This document shows positions 23,571 through 35,985 of a stretch of DNA of 64,000 nt, one piece after another. A program made the translations under genes and the position numbers. This stretch comes from Amphiscolops sp. MND2022. Its lineage: Eukaryota. The stretch covers positions 99,698,001 to 99,762,000 of the forward strand of contig OZ076409.1 in NCBI GenBank assembly GCA_964187785.1, given 5' to 3'. Each line of letters opens with the position of its first letter. Position 1 is the stretch's first letter. Under the pieces are notes generated by a model. It made no database searches. It was given only the letters and a program-made list of their open reading frames with translations, and was not told the DNA's origin.

Positions 23571-26077
23571 TTAGGAGTGATTAAATTTTATGAAGACTTT
23601 AGCGGGGCTTTCCGGTAAAGCGTTTATATTTTGTACTATGGGGTCATAGTCCTGTGATATAAAATCGGTATTATTGTTTGGGTGTGTCTTTTTTGGTGAT
23701 TGAAGTGTTGAATTTTTACTTCTATATTTGGGCGGCAGATAAGGGGAGTCGCTATCAGAGTATCTTCTCATTTTATTTTGTGATCCTTGTTCCGGCAATA
23801 GGATACTGTCATTTTCGCTAGTGGTAATTTTGTGTTTATTATGTATCCGTTTTCGTTTTCCTGTATTGTGTAAATCAGTTACCATTTCCGATGTAACTAT
23901 ATTAAAAAATCCATGAGCTATTGAACTCAAAATGGAAATGTTATTTTGGAGATTGTATTTTATACTAATTGTTCTGTAAAATGTAAGTAAAAATGTTAAA
24001 ACTTGTCTGATGAAAAGAAATGTTGAGAAATAAATTCCACGTTGTGTTAAAATATAACATGGATATCCAAAGAAGTTAATGAAAGCTTGACTAAACCAGT
24101 CAGGGTTAAAAAGTGGTAAAAGGTTTAATAGGTGATCATGTATTCCAATTCTTAAATGATTATGAGGATTGGGTCCTGAATGGGAATGACGTTCAATATG
24201 TACAGTAATCAAATCATAACTTAATGATTTTCCAAGTAAAGGGAGAGTGATGTCTGAGTGTTTTGCGAATAATACTCTATTCCAGAATTGATCTAATTCT
24301 GCATTTGAAAATATACCCGCGTCTTGGGCGCTAAAAGTATTGGGTGTTACTGTTGTTTTAATTTGAGTAGGTTCAAACATTTGTGGTGCTTCCCTTTCAA
24401 GTGGTTCTGGTGTTAACACATAAAAATCTTCGTCATCTGAATCAGGGTCTAATTCGATTATATTTTGTGGGTTATTTCCACTATCAATTGGTGTTGCATA
24501 GTTAAAAGTTTGTCTTGTTAAAGGGTCAACATACATTATAGTTTCTCTATAGTGTATGGGAATTCTATCAAAGCATTTATCTGCCTTGTAGAAATTACTA
24601 CGATATCCAGTTAAAAGAAAACCGGCTAATTCAGGATTCTTAACTGACATAGCAAAGATTGTTAACAATTGAGTTCTTTCTAGTTCACATACTGTATGAA
24701 GTGTGTTTAATTCTTGTACTGACATGGATTTAAATACATGATTTATGGTGAAGTCAATTTTTGTATTATTGTGAGCATCATAGTCTAGGGTGGCGAAATT
24801 GTTTGATTTATTTAGTGCAGGGAATATATACTTTTTATTTGTTTGTCGTATTGTATCTGTCCACTAATTCTTTGATCTATCATTGAGTGTGGTCTTGGTT
24901 GTCCAGTGTTCATATCAAAACCATCTAAGTATGTAACAAAGATGTCTTCATATTGTGTTGAGTATAATGGATCTGGTTTTCCACAAAACGATTGAGCAAT
25001 TGGATATATTTCAAATCTGGAAAAGCTTGGATTGTCTACAGGTGATTGCGGTGTTTTAACATTTGGAAATTTCGTTCCTTGTATTCCTTCAGTTTGAAAC
25101 TTTTGTGTAATATTTGAGGCTTCGATGAAGGTATCTGTTTCTCTCCAATATCGATCTTTAATTCTTGTCATTTTTCCAATGAAATCTTGTATTTGAAATA
25201 TGAGGCAAAATTTTTCATCAAACCTTGTTAATGTATATGGAGTCCTTGTTGTTGGTTTACAAAATCCGTCTGAATGGTAACATGGTAATATATGTCCATC
25301 TTGAATCAATTGATTGTTTTTATCATCGTAGTCTATTATAGTATTAACTATTCTAAGTTTCCAACTTTGTCGGGTAATTAAATGTTCTCGGTCACTTCTA
25401 CATCTTTAGTATGAATTTTTTGTAAAAATAACTATCCAATCAGGATAATTCTCATCAAATACAAATGTTCCAATATGCCAAGTGTTTAATTGTGTTACTC
25501 TAAAAGGTTTTTGAACTCGTTCAATTTTATTTTGATAATTACTATCGTCAAATGATGAGAAAGAATTTTGTATATTGTAATTGTTTAATTCTTCACTATC
25601 AGTGGCGTTTAAATATCTTATCATGTTTTTGCATTCGATAGGGTCAAGTCTTTTTGGTAGTTCTAATGTGTTTTGTCCCCATTGTAAACGATCATATCGT
25701 CTACTAGATGTGAATGTTTGTGAACACCACACCTTTTCAGTTTTTATATATGCTTCGCATTTGAAGGCTTTAATTCTTTTGGCTTTTGCTCTAACATATA
25801 CTGTTGCCTGGGTTTTTGTGTGTTGTATATCTGAGGGTGCCTGTTTACATGGTTCAACATTTAGTAAGCTAAATTGTCTCAGGTTATTTTGTTTTGCACA
25901 ATCATTGTGAGATACCATTAAGGTTAAAATATTTGGATCTTGTTCTGAAATGTGATTTTCGGAATTTGGGGTATCAACTTTAGGAACAGATGAAGAATGA
26001 ACTAAGTGTATTATGTATGCGTTTTTAACGGCATGTAATATGTATACAATGTATAAGTTAAAATGTTTGTTGTTCAT
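23571..26077 (-). pseudogene. env: env-like glycoprotein of element A (~830 aa; chuvirus-G/class III fusogen-like)
   Basis: N-terminal hydrophobic leader. Cys-patterned ectodomain: H.DCAKQNNLRQFSLLNVEPC, FKCEAYIKTEKVWC, LPCYHSDGFC, VCELERTQLL, CFDRIPIHY..YVDP.TR. C-terminal TM (FFGYPCYILTQ.GIYFSTFLFI..VLTFLL) and a basic tail. Located directly 3' of pol. Confidence 0.85.
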
Positions 26078-26079
26078 CG

Positions 26080-29000
26080 TTAAAATATTGTTCTATAATG
26101 AAGTCCTGAATAAGGATTTAAAAAGTTTATATGTCCTGTTCTAATTTCTGGTAAATCTGGGTCACAAAGATAGGATATAGATGTGACTAAGAATGGTGAG
26201 GGAGTTGTTTTTTGTGCTACCCTTGTTGAAAGAGAAATTGGATGAGGTCTAAATGAGTTGAAAGTAACTTCAACTTCAAATTTTAATATTTATTGGTCTT
26301 CTTGTAACCTTTGTAATTCTCTTTGTTTTCTTGGATTTGAAAGAGAGCTATTGTTTATAAATCTAATAGGTAGTACAGTATATCGAGGGTCTTCGTTAAA
26401 ACTACGAATAATTCTTGAGTTAACACGGATAGGGTATTCGTGTGGATATTGTGTAGGAGGTCTTGAATAATCTTCTAAGAAACATTCAGGTAATTGTATA
26501 GATGAGTTAGATTGTATTGAACTAGGTGAATAAACTTGTGAAAAGTTAACTGCACTGTCTGCTATAGTTTTTGGATCTTCAGAAAGAAGAGATGCTGTTT
26601 CAAATCCTGATGTGGCTTGAAATGGTAGTGATAAAGATGATGGTATTGTAGGGTGAGATGAGGAAAGAGAAGGAGTATCTAATCTTGGTTATGCTTGTTG
26701 TCTAACTAGTCTAGAGTTAGTACTAGAACTAGTTAAAGATTGTAAAGCTTGAGAATTTCGTCTAGGTTGAGATCTTAGATTGTAACTATGTCGTGGTACT
26801 CTAGTACTAGCAGTTGAATCAGAGTCTTTATCTTTGTAATATAAGTCTGTTAAAGAAGAAGTAATTGTTGATTGTACACGTTGTAGTTCTAGTCTTGGAT
26901 ATAATTGAGAAAATGTGAATGAACTTAGTTCTGATGGTGAGTTAATTGGGAGTTCTGGTAATTTCTTTTTTGGTGATTTAGTTGTATGTCCTGGAATTGT
27001 ATTTATTGGAGTTTGACTTGTTGATGGTAAAGTAAGATTTTTTGGTAGTGTAGGCAAAGGAGTTTTTCTTTGTGTTTTGGTTGCTGTTGGTATTTTATGT
27101 GGGCAAGGAGTAATATATTGAAGAACAGAGTTTGGATCTGGAATATGAACAGTACGGGTGGTAGGAATTGGAGGAAGATGGGGTCTATTTAGGTTACTCG
27201 AGGTATCTTGTACAGTATTTTGTGTTGTATTTGATTCATCACAAGAGTCACTTGTTGGTGAACCTGTGTCTAAGAATAACAAATTTTGTGGAATTGTTTG
27301 TGGTTGAGTTGTTAGTACTGAAGTTTGAGTTTGAAGTATAGGTGTATTAGTGGGTGTAGCTGGTGCTCTATCAGGTGAATAAGAGCAGATGGGCTGGGGT
27401 TTGAGGACGAGGAATCCAGTATGTCAGTATCTGAGTTTAAATATGCTGTGTATTCAGGTAATGTTTGGAATGAATATGTTGAGCTAGATGAAGAGGAGTG
27501 TGTATTTCGGTCAATTTTGAACTGTGTTTATCTTTTATTGTTTATTTCAGATTTTGTTTTGTTTTGTATTGTTTCTTTATTCACTTTCACGTTCAGTTTC
27601 AAAACTGTCTTTCTTTCAACATTTGGTTTCGAAATCAAAACTTTCTTTCTTTCAGCAGGATTTTTGATAAAGTGAAATTATATCCTTTTCAACGAGGAAA
27701 AGTCGATAGTCTTTTCGTGGTTATAGGCGGAGTTTATATCTATTATAGGAGTGTCTTCGAGGATTAATAAAATTATCATAATCGTGAATATCAGTTTGAT
27801 TTTCTGATTTAGTGTAATTGGTTTATGGTGTATTTTGTTGATACGGAAATGAAGAGTATTGACTAAATGGTTCTGATTGGAAATCAATTGTGAATGGTAT
27901 ATCCGTTTCTTTATTAGAATTTGAATGTGTGAACTGGTCGTCGTCAATTGACTGTTCTTCGTCGGATAAGAAGTCAAAAGATTGTAGTGGGTCATTTAGA
28001 TCCGAGTCATTATAAATGTTATTAATTGAATGAGGATTATATTGTTTTAAAAAAGGAAAAATGATTGGTTTTTTTGGATAATAAGGAACTAAACGATTTT
28101 TATGATTATGAGACGTGTAACCATCTTGATTAACAATTTCATTTGTTATATCAGAAATTTTATTTATAATTTTGAATGGTCCAATTCTGAGAGGTTTCAA
28201 TTTGTCTGAAAAGTGAACATGAAGAAAATTTCCTTTTAGTACGAATGTACCAATATCTAAGAGTCTTGGATTATGGTATGTTTTGTTAAAATAAGCGAAT
28301 GAATTAATTTTTCTTTTTGTGTTTTCGTAAACTGTATGATATATTTGCATCATAGCAGTTTCAGTAGCTAAAATCCATTGTGGAATTAGTTTTGATAAAA
28401 TTTTATGAAAGAAAGATTTTAAATTGGATTTGTCATAATGTGTATGGAGTGGTAGTTCTTGACTATATTGAGATGTACAATTTCTATATGTATCTCTTTG
28501 AGGATTGAGTTCAAAATTGATTGGGATTCTTGGTATAGTATGGAAGACTATTTCATAATGTAAAAGATTTAATTCGGAAAGTGGTTGTGAATTATGTGCA
28601 TAAGCGTACATATGGACTTGAGTAGACCAATTTTCTGGGGTATTGTGTAAGAAAAGTCTGAGATCAGTTCCAAGGTTTCTGTTTTGATTTTCTTTTAAAC
28701 CATTTGTCCATGGTGCATAGGGAGTTTTGGGTGAATGTCTAATTCCCATTGTAGTACAAAGATTTGCAAATTCAGAATTGATGTACTCTGAACCACGGTC
28801 TGTTACTAAGTATACAGGGGTCCAAATTTGGTAATCCAATGGTGTAGTAAAGAGTTAACAGCGTTTTGCGCATTATTTTGTTTTATGGGTACTGTTACTA
28901 CAAAGTGACTGAAGGAAGGCGTCTACTATAACATGAATGTAGGAGTTTTGACTTGATGGTGGGTTTATAGGTCCTTTTGTGTCCATTGATATTCGATAGT

Positions 29001-32000
29001 TAAAAGATGAGGCATTTTCAGAAAATGTTTGTATTGATGCAGTCTGAATTTTTTGATTAATGTGTTTGTTCTGTTGACATTCAATGCAATCACGGATAAA
29101 TATCGACATCCATTTGTTTAAATATGGTATGAAATAAAAATTGGTTAAAAACTATGATGGATATTTTAATTCCTGAATGTCCATGTGCGTGAAGTTTGTT
29201 GAAAGCTGCATGAAATAGTTTAAATGGTAAGCATATTTTGTCTCTTTGGCTTGGATTTGAATCATGAAGATTAGGGTAATCTATATGAATGATTTTTGTA
29301 TCATGATTAATATATAATTGGTTGAAGAGTTTGTAGTATACTGAGAGGAGAGAGTTACTTGCTATTATTGGGTCTATTTGTACGGGTTTGTCATTAGTTA
29401 TTAACCAATGAAAGATAACGAAAGTATTTTTTATAATTGAAGAAGGAGGGGTCAAAAAATGGAACTTGTTGATTACAGTAATCAGATTTAGTGGGATATT
29501 GTATTGCCAACGTTTGTTCTTTCAATATGTTTGAATTTTGATTCTTAACATTTTGTGGTTGGGTTGTTTCATCGTCATCACTAAGAATATCAGTGTCATT
29601 AAGAATAGTTGATTGTTGTAAGAGTGTTTTTGTTTGATTCTTTGTAGGTCTTTTATATTTGGATTCAAAGGGAACAATAGATTTAAAACAGAATGAGTCT
29701 AATGGTTTTATATGATTGTCTTTTCCTTTGTTGTTGATACGTATGGAGAATTGATCGTCTCCATAATCAGCAAGAATTAGATGGCAATCATTTTTCTGAT
29801 TCTATTTGATTTCTTCGTGTTTCACTAAAAGGTGTACTGGTTTAAGTTGATTGTCCTTCATTATTGAGAAATCGATTTGGGGTGGTAATTGTTTGTGTCG
29901 TAACTGATGTATTTGAAGTTGTTCTTTTGTAAAAGTTCTTGAAACATATCTGCTACAGTTAAATTTTTTCCAGGAGTATGGATAAATTTCAGTTTGGAAA
30001 AATTTCCTAATTGCATTTGTGCTCTATAAAATCTAGGACTAAGGTTTCCTTTTTTTGCGAAACAAGGTTTGTGATCTGTAGAGATATATATTGGATGAGG
30101 AGACCCAAAAATGAGAAATTCGTATATTTGTAATGCATAGACTATTGCGAGGAGTTCTCTATCTAAAGTTGAAAGTTTTTGTTCTTGTGTATTAAGGATT
30201 CTTGAATTGTAAGAAATACCTTTCATTTTGTTTGTTTCATTCATTTGGAATAAGACTGCGCCTAAACCAACTAATGAAGCATCTACTGTTATGAAAAATG
30301 GATGTTTTGTATTAGGTATAGTTAATTCAGTATCTGTTGTCATTGCGTTTTTGACGTCTTGAAATAGTTTTTCTAGTTCGGGTGTCCATTGAAATTTAGT
30401 ATCGTCATGTAATAAGGTATACAGTGGTTTAAGGTTTATATGAAGTTTTTCAATGAATTTTGAAAAAAAGTTAACACTGCCTAAAAATTGCGTAACATCT
30501 TTCTTTTCTTTTGGTGAGGGTATTTATTTGATGGCTTCAATTTTTGATGGAATTGGTTTTATTGTTTCCCTATTTCATATCCAAGGAATTTCACTTTGAG
30601 TAACATGTAAAATGATTTTTGAGGTGCAAGTTTGAGGTTTTCTCTGGTTGCTATTGTATAAAGTTTTTTGATAAGTTCAAACATTTCTTGTTTTTCGTCT
30701 GCTATATACTAACGCACAACGTTTGTCTATAAGTGGTCTGAAAAAAGTTGACATTTGTTTTGTGAAAAAATTGGAAGTCCCTTTAATCCATAAATTCCAT
30801 GGATAAAGGCATATAGTTTATCTCCGGATGAGAATCCAGTAAGTTTAATTGTTTCTTCGTCTAATGGGGTATGAGCGTATGTGTACATTAGGTCATTGGT
30901 TGATTTGTATTTTTTGTTAGCTCTAGCTAATTGAGGAGCTAAAGGTTCAATAGGCCAAGATTCAAGTTCTTAGTTTGTTTTTGAGTTAAGATGTCTAGCA
31001 TCTAGGACGACTTGTATCGCGTCTCCTTTGGGAATAATGATTAAGGGATTTAAGAATGTTGTTCGAATTGTATGTTTTTCATCTGGTGTGGAACCAATTT
31101 GTTTTATTATATTATTTTTTTTCGAGTTCTAATAAGAGTTTTTTGAGTCGGTCTCTGTAATGTATTGCTACTTTAGAAGGTCTTTGTGTTTGAAGTTTAC
31201 AGTTTTCTTTAATTCTAATTCTGAAGGGGGTAGAAATTTTTCCTACATCGTTTTTGTGCTTTGCGTAACAATTTTGATTGTTAATAGGGATATTGCAGAG
31301 GTTTACATATTCAGTATCAGTTAAATCTGCGTATTCAAAGTTGAATTTCTTTAGAAATTGTTGGTTTTCTGTAGAATATGGTAATGTAGGAAAATCTTTT
31401 CTTATTTTTTTGGAAGGTCGAAGATTTCCAGTAACAGAAGGTATTGGTAATTGAAGTGTTTTATCATTTATCTCTATTTTGTTGATTTCTATCAAACATG
31501 TGGGAAGTATTCGAGTACATAAATTCATATCGGTATATTCATTTTGTTTAATTGGAATAGTGGTATCAGGATGATAAGCATGTGTTACAGAATGAATGAG
31601 AGAGTTTACATCATGTATTCTATAGTAAGGAGGAGTTGTTTGAGTTATAGGAATTTCTATGTAACCATTTATTCCTCGTGGTAATGTAGCTGGGTGAGAT
31701 GTAAAAATTTGAATTATTGTTGCACATGAGTCTTTGTTTTTGTCGTTAACTATCATGTCTAGAAAAAGAAAAATATCTTTACATTTTTGTAAGAAATATG
31801 TGTTGGAGTTGATGGGTAGAATTTTGTATTATCTTCTAGTCCAAAGTGTAAGTTCATATAATTTTTGATTGGGAAAGGTATGGTTTTGCCTGATCTTGGT
31901 TTAAAGTGAATTGATTCTTTACCTTTAATGGTATAAATGTATGAAACATATGGATAGTCCTTTTCTGTAAATGTGGAGAAATGTGTTTTTGTAGGAAGTT

Positions 32001-35000
32001 TTGAATGTTGTTCTTTATAAGTCATAATATTTTGTTGAAAGTCTATATTTTGAATATGTCTTTTGAAGAAAGGTGTTTCAAGAATGGTGTATTTAATGTT
32101 TGCAAAGGCAAAGTCAATATTAAACGATCGATTTTGATGGTTTACTTCGGTGAAACATGTCATTGAAATATAGTGTATTATTGGTACTTCATTTTGATTT
32201 GCAACTGTAAGAGTTTTAACTCTTTTATTTTCGATATTCGTAGGAATATTGAGGTTTAGTTGTTTAGAAATTACATGGAATGTCGGTAAGTTCAAAACAG
32301 ATAAGACGGCTCCAGTGTCTAGAAGAAATAGAATTTCTAATTTTGAAGGTAATAAGTTATCTTTCGTTTCATATGTATGACCATATAGTGGGTAAAACAA
32401 ACTATAAGGAGTAACTGTGTTTGCAATTTCGGTTACTTGACATGTATGGATTTCAAATTTGGTACTATCTTTGTCGTTTGTAGATTTAACATCTACTTGG
32501 TTTATTCTATTTTGTTGTCTAATTTGTGAAGGTGTTCTAGATCGTGATCTAAAATCTCTTGGTCTAGATGGAGATCTGTATGGGTAATTGTATCGTTTAA
32601 AGGAGTTTCCTTGTGATTGAGGACGAGATCTGTATCGGGATTGAGAATTGTATCTGTAATTAGAGTTATTTCTGTATGGAGATCTATATGGAGATCGAGA
32701 TGGAGTTCTTCGTTTGTAATAATTTTCGTATCGAGATCTATATGGACTTCGAGAGTTATTGTAATATCTTTGTCGAGAGTTAGATCTATAACTATTTTGG
32801 GAATAATCTCTACTGTTACTGCTATATCTATCGTTATTTCTGTATCTATCTTTGTAATAATTTTGGTTATATTTACTACGATCATTGTCATTAGAAGGGT
32901 ACGCATTTGTGTTTTCATTTCGAGTTTCTTGTGAAGTATTGGGTTTACTACCTAAGTATTGTACGAAAGATTGTTGAGGAGTTCTTGATCTTTGATTTTT
33001 GTATCTTTGATATTCAACATCACGTTGTTTTCAATAACAATTTGAAATACTATGATTGTTTTTATGACAGTATGAACAGTATTTTTTATAAGCTGGTTTG
33101 CTTTTGTTATTTGGGTCTTCCGATTGATTAACCATTATATGTTCTTCGTGTTCTAATACTTTGTTATTTGTTTCATCTTCAAATGATACTTTGTTTATTT
33201 CTAAAGCTAAGTCTTTTGTTCGTATTTTTTCATTAGCGATGTCTTCGGAATCAACATGTCTAACAAGTGTATGAAAAGGTATTGATGGTTCAAGTAACGT
33301 TGCTACATGTTTAACTTGTCTTTTGTGAGCAAAGTCTTTTAATTTTTTGGGTAATTCTTTTGTGAAAATTTCCTTGTTTTTGAGGTTTATGGTGGCTGCA
33401 TTTTCATTGCACCATCCCTTTTTAACTAGTTGTTGTACTCTAAGTGCAAAATGACGTACTGTTTCGTTGTCCATTTTCATGAGTGACATAACTTCTACTT
33501 GTGCGTAGTAAGCTGTTTTTTGAGTCAAAAGTTGTTTCTTGAATAGTTGTACAAATGAATTCCGTTGTTGTTTATTTGATATATGGAGATTTGTATACCA
33601 ATCAAGGGCGGTTCCAGTTAAAGAACATTGTTTATATGCCATGCGTCTATTATGCCAAGATCTATATTTGGTAGGATTATTTATAGGTTCTTGCTTCAAC
33701 ATGTTGTAAGTATTCCTCTGGGGTATTGGAATGATCTAAACCATCAAAAGGTTTCATAGGTTCTGGTATTGAGGCAGACATATTCATTAATGTATCATGT
33801 TGTACTGGTATGTATTGAAGTGGAGTAGATGCAGATTGTGTGTGTGGAAGAGTTACAGGTTGTATGGTATTGTTTGGTAATTGATTTGTACTAGGGTTCT
33901 AGTTTATATTTTGATTTATTTGATATAGAGGATCAGTAGGTATATGTGTGAGTGGCGGATTTTGATGTCTCCTTTGAAAAGGTTGTGTTGTATGTGAGTA
34001 AGAAGTTGTATGAGAGGTTGCTTGACTTCGAGAATTAAATTCATTTCTTGAAGAATTTATTGGTTGTGTATTTGTAAGTGGGTTTTGTGTTCTTGAGTTA
34101 AAATTGGGTTGAGAATAATTTGGATTATTATTTGTATTAGTATTTGTATCTGACGATGGAAAAAAGGAATAATTAAATGGATCATAGTAACGACTAGAAG
34201 TAGGTTGATCGTTATTGTGATTATCGTTTAATTGAATTGATCTGTTTGATTGGAAAGCAGAAGGAATTGATGGACGGTCATATCTTGATCGAGTCATGTA
34301 TCTTGGATTATTAAAAGTAGTTCTTGTAGGTGATGAAACATTAACAGAGGTATTAAGGATAGAATTTATATGTTGAGTATCTTCTTGTATTGTACTTTGA
34401 GGTTCGTATTGTGTATTTTCATTTGGGTGGGGTGGAAAGTCAATTGTGATATTTCGGTTTTGAAGAATATCTAAGTTAGGTTGAGGATCAAGTGTATTTT
34501 GTCTTGGACTGACAATTCTAGTTGAAAGTCTGAAAGATCGGGTTTTTGTCGATGTTCCAGCATTTGTCGATGTTCCAGCTTTTGATGCATTTAATTGATC
34601 ATCTTCGTTATCATTTTCATTTTCATGTTGTTGTTGAGGTATGTTTCCATTATTAACTTCTTGTTGTTGAGGTAGGTCTTCATTGTTTGTTTCATTATCT
34701 GTATCATTATTGTCAGATTTGATAAGTAAATCTTGTTGAACTGAAATATTTCTTTGGTAGTGATAAGGTCTATTATCATCAAGAAAATTATTGTCTGTAA
34801 TCAAATGAGGATCAAAGTTTATACGATCGATATTATATTGTATACTTGAATCTGGTCTAAAGAAGTAAAGATGTTCATTCTGTTCATTTATGATGAATGG
34901 TACACATTCATCTGGTGTAAAATAAGTTGGAAATGCTGTAAAAGCAGGTTGATCTTGTGGTGATCATAATAGGTGATAGTTGAATCGGAAATATTTTCGA

Positions 35001-35985
35001 AGGAATAAAGAGATTACTTGAATTTGAGGTATTGTTCGGTTATTCAATGTAAGGTCTTTGAAATAATGATATAAGAAGTTTTGTATTCTCAAGGTATCGG
35101 CTTGTAACTAATGATGAGGATTGTTTTGAGGATCAACTAGTCTTTCTATAACTTCTACTTCGACGTTCCCTACATATTAATCAATTTCTTCAAGTGCATT
35201 TGGACTGTATTTTGGGTTTTCATTTGCTACATTGTGTTCTTTTACGCGATTTAGGAAGGTTTGGAAAACTTCTTTTATAGAAGTTAAAAGGTTTATTGGG
35301 TTTATTGTTCTTCTATATATTTGATGCGAAGAGGATCCTTGTTGAGGAAAGGAAATTTGAAAAGTTGGGTATTCTGTAGTAATAGTTGTATTTCTATATC
35401 TAATATAGAAAAGATATGTATCTAAGTGTTCTCTAATAAGAGGAATTGTTTCAATTGTGAAAGGCTCATTTTCAAATGGGAGTGGTTGTGTGTAATTGTA
35501 TATAATATTTTGTAAGAATGGTGTTTTTTCACGTTTTACTACCTTTGCATTTTTAAAGTGAGGTATCTGGAAGAGTGAAAGAGGAGCTGTTGAGAGATTC
35601 ATTTTATATAGTATCTCGTATTGTGGTAAGTATCTTTTCCAATAAGATGCAAACTATAAATAAAACACAAAATGTGTATGTGGTGATGAGTACTACTGTG
35701 GTAACCTTTTCCCACATGTTATGAAAAGGTTATGAAACATGAAGGTTCAATGTTGGAAGTGAAGTTTAATGTGAAATTTTATGTTGGAGATCTTGGATAA
35801 AATCTTTGTTGTTCTATAATATGGAAAAAATATTGTTGAAATTGTTGGATTATTCTTTCAAAATCTTCAGTGGTGGGGTTTTGAAGGGAGTTAATTTGGT
35901 TTATTTTTGAGTGTATAGAAGTAGATGTTATAGGAGTATAAAAGAATGTATTATCTGATCTTTGGTGGTGTGTGTTTGAATTCAT
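26080..35985 (-). pseudogene. gag-pol: gag-pro-pol polyprotein of element A (many stops and frameshifts)
   Basis: Capsid-like KPFDGLD..CSLTGTALDWY; zinc knuckle CSYCHKNNHSISNC (CX2CX4HX4C); protease LLDTGA; RT region (YIDD motif deleted at ~30700); RNase H TVDASLVGLGAV/ELLA/TDHKP/ADM; integrase HAHGH..CIEC, MDTKGP, TDRGSEY, WTNGL.E, GPFKI. Confidence 0.92.

Noticed and set aside
32502..32934. I/D/T-rich and antisense ORFs over the gag RS region (also 53278-53874)
   Set aside because: Alternative-frame shadows of the low-complexity RS/Y tract; the RS frame is the one continuous with the protease.
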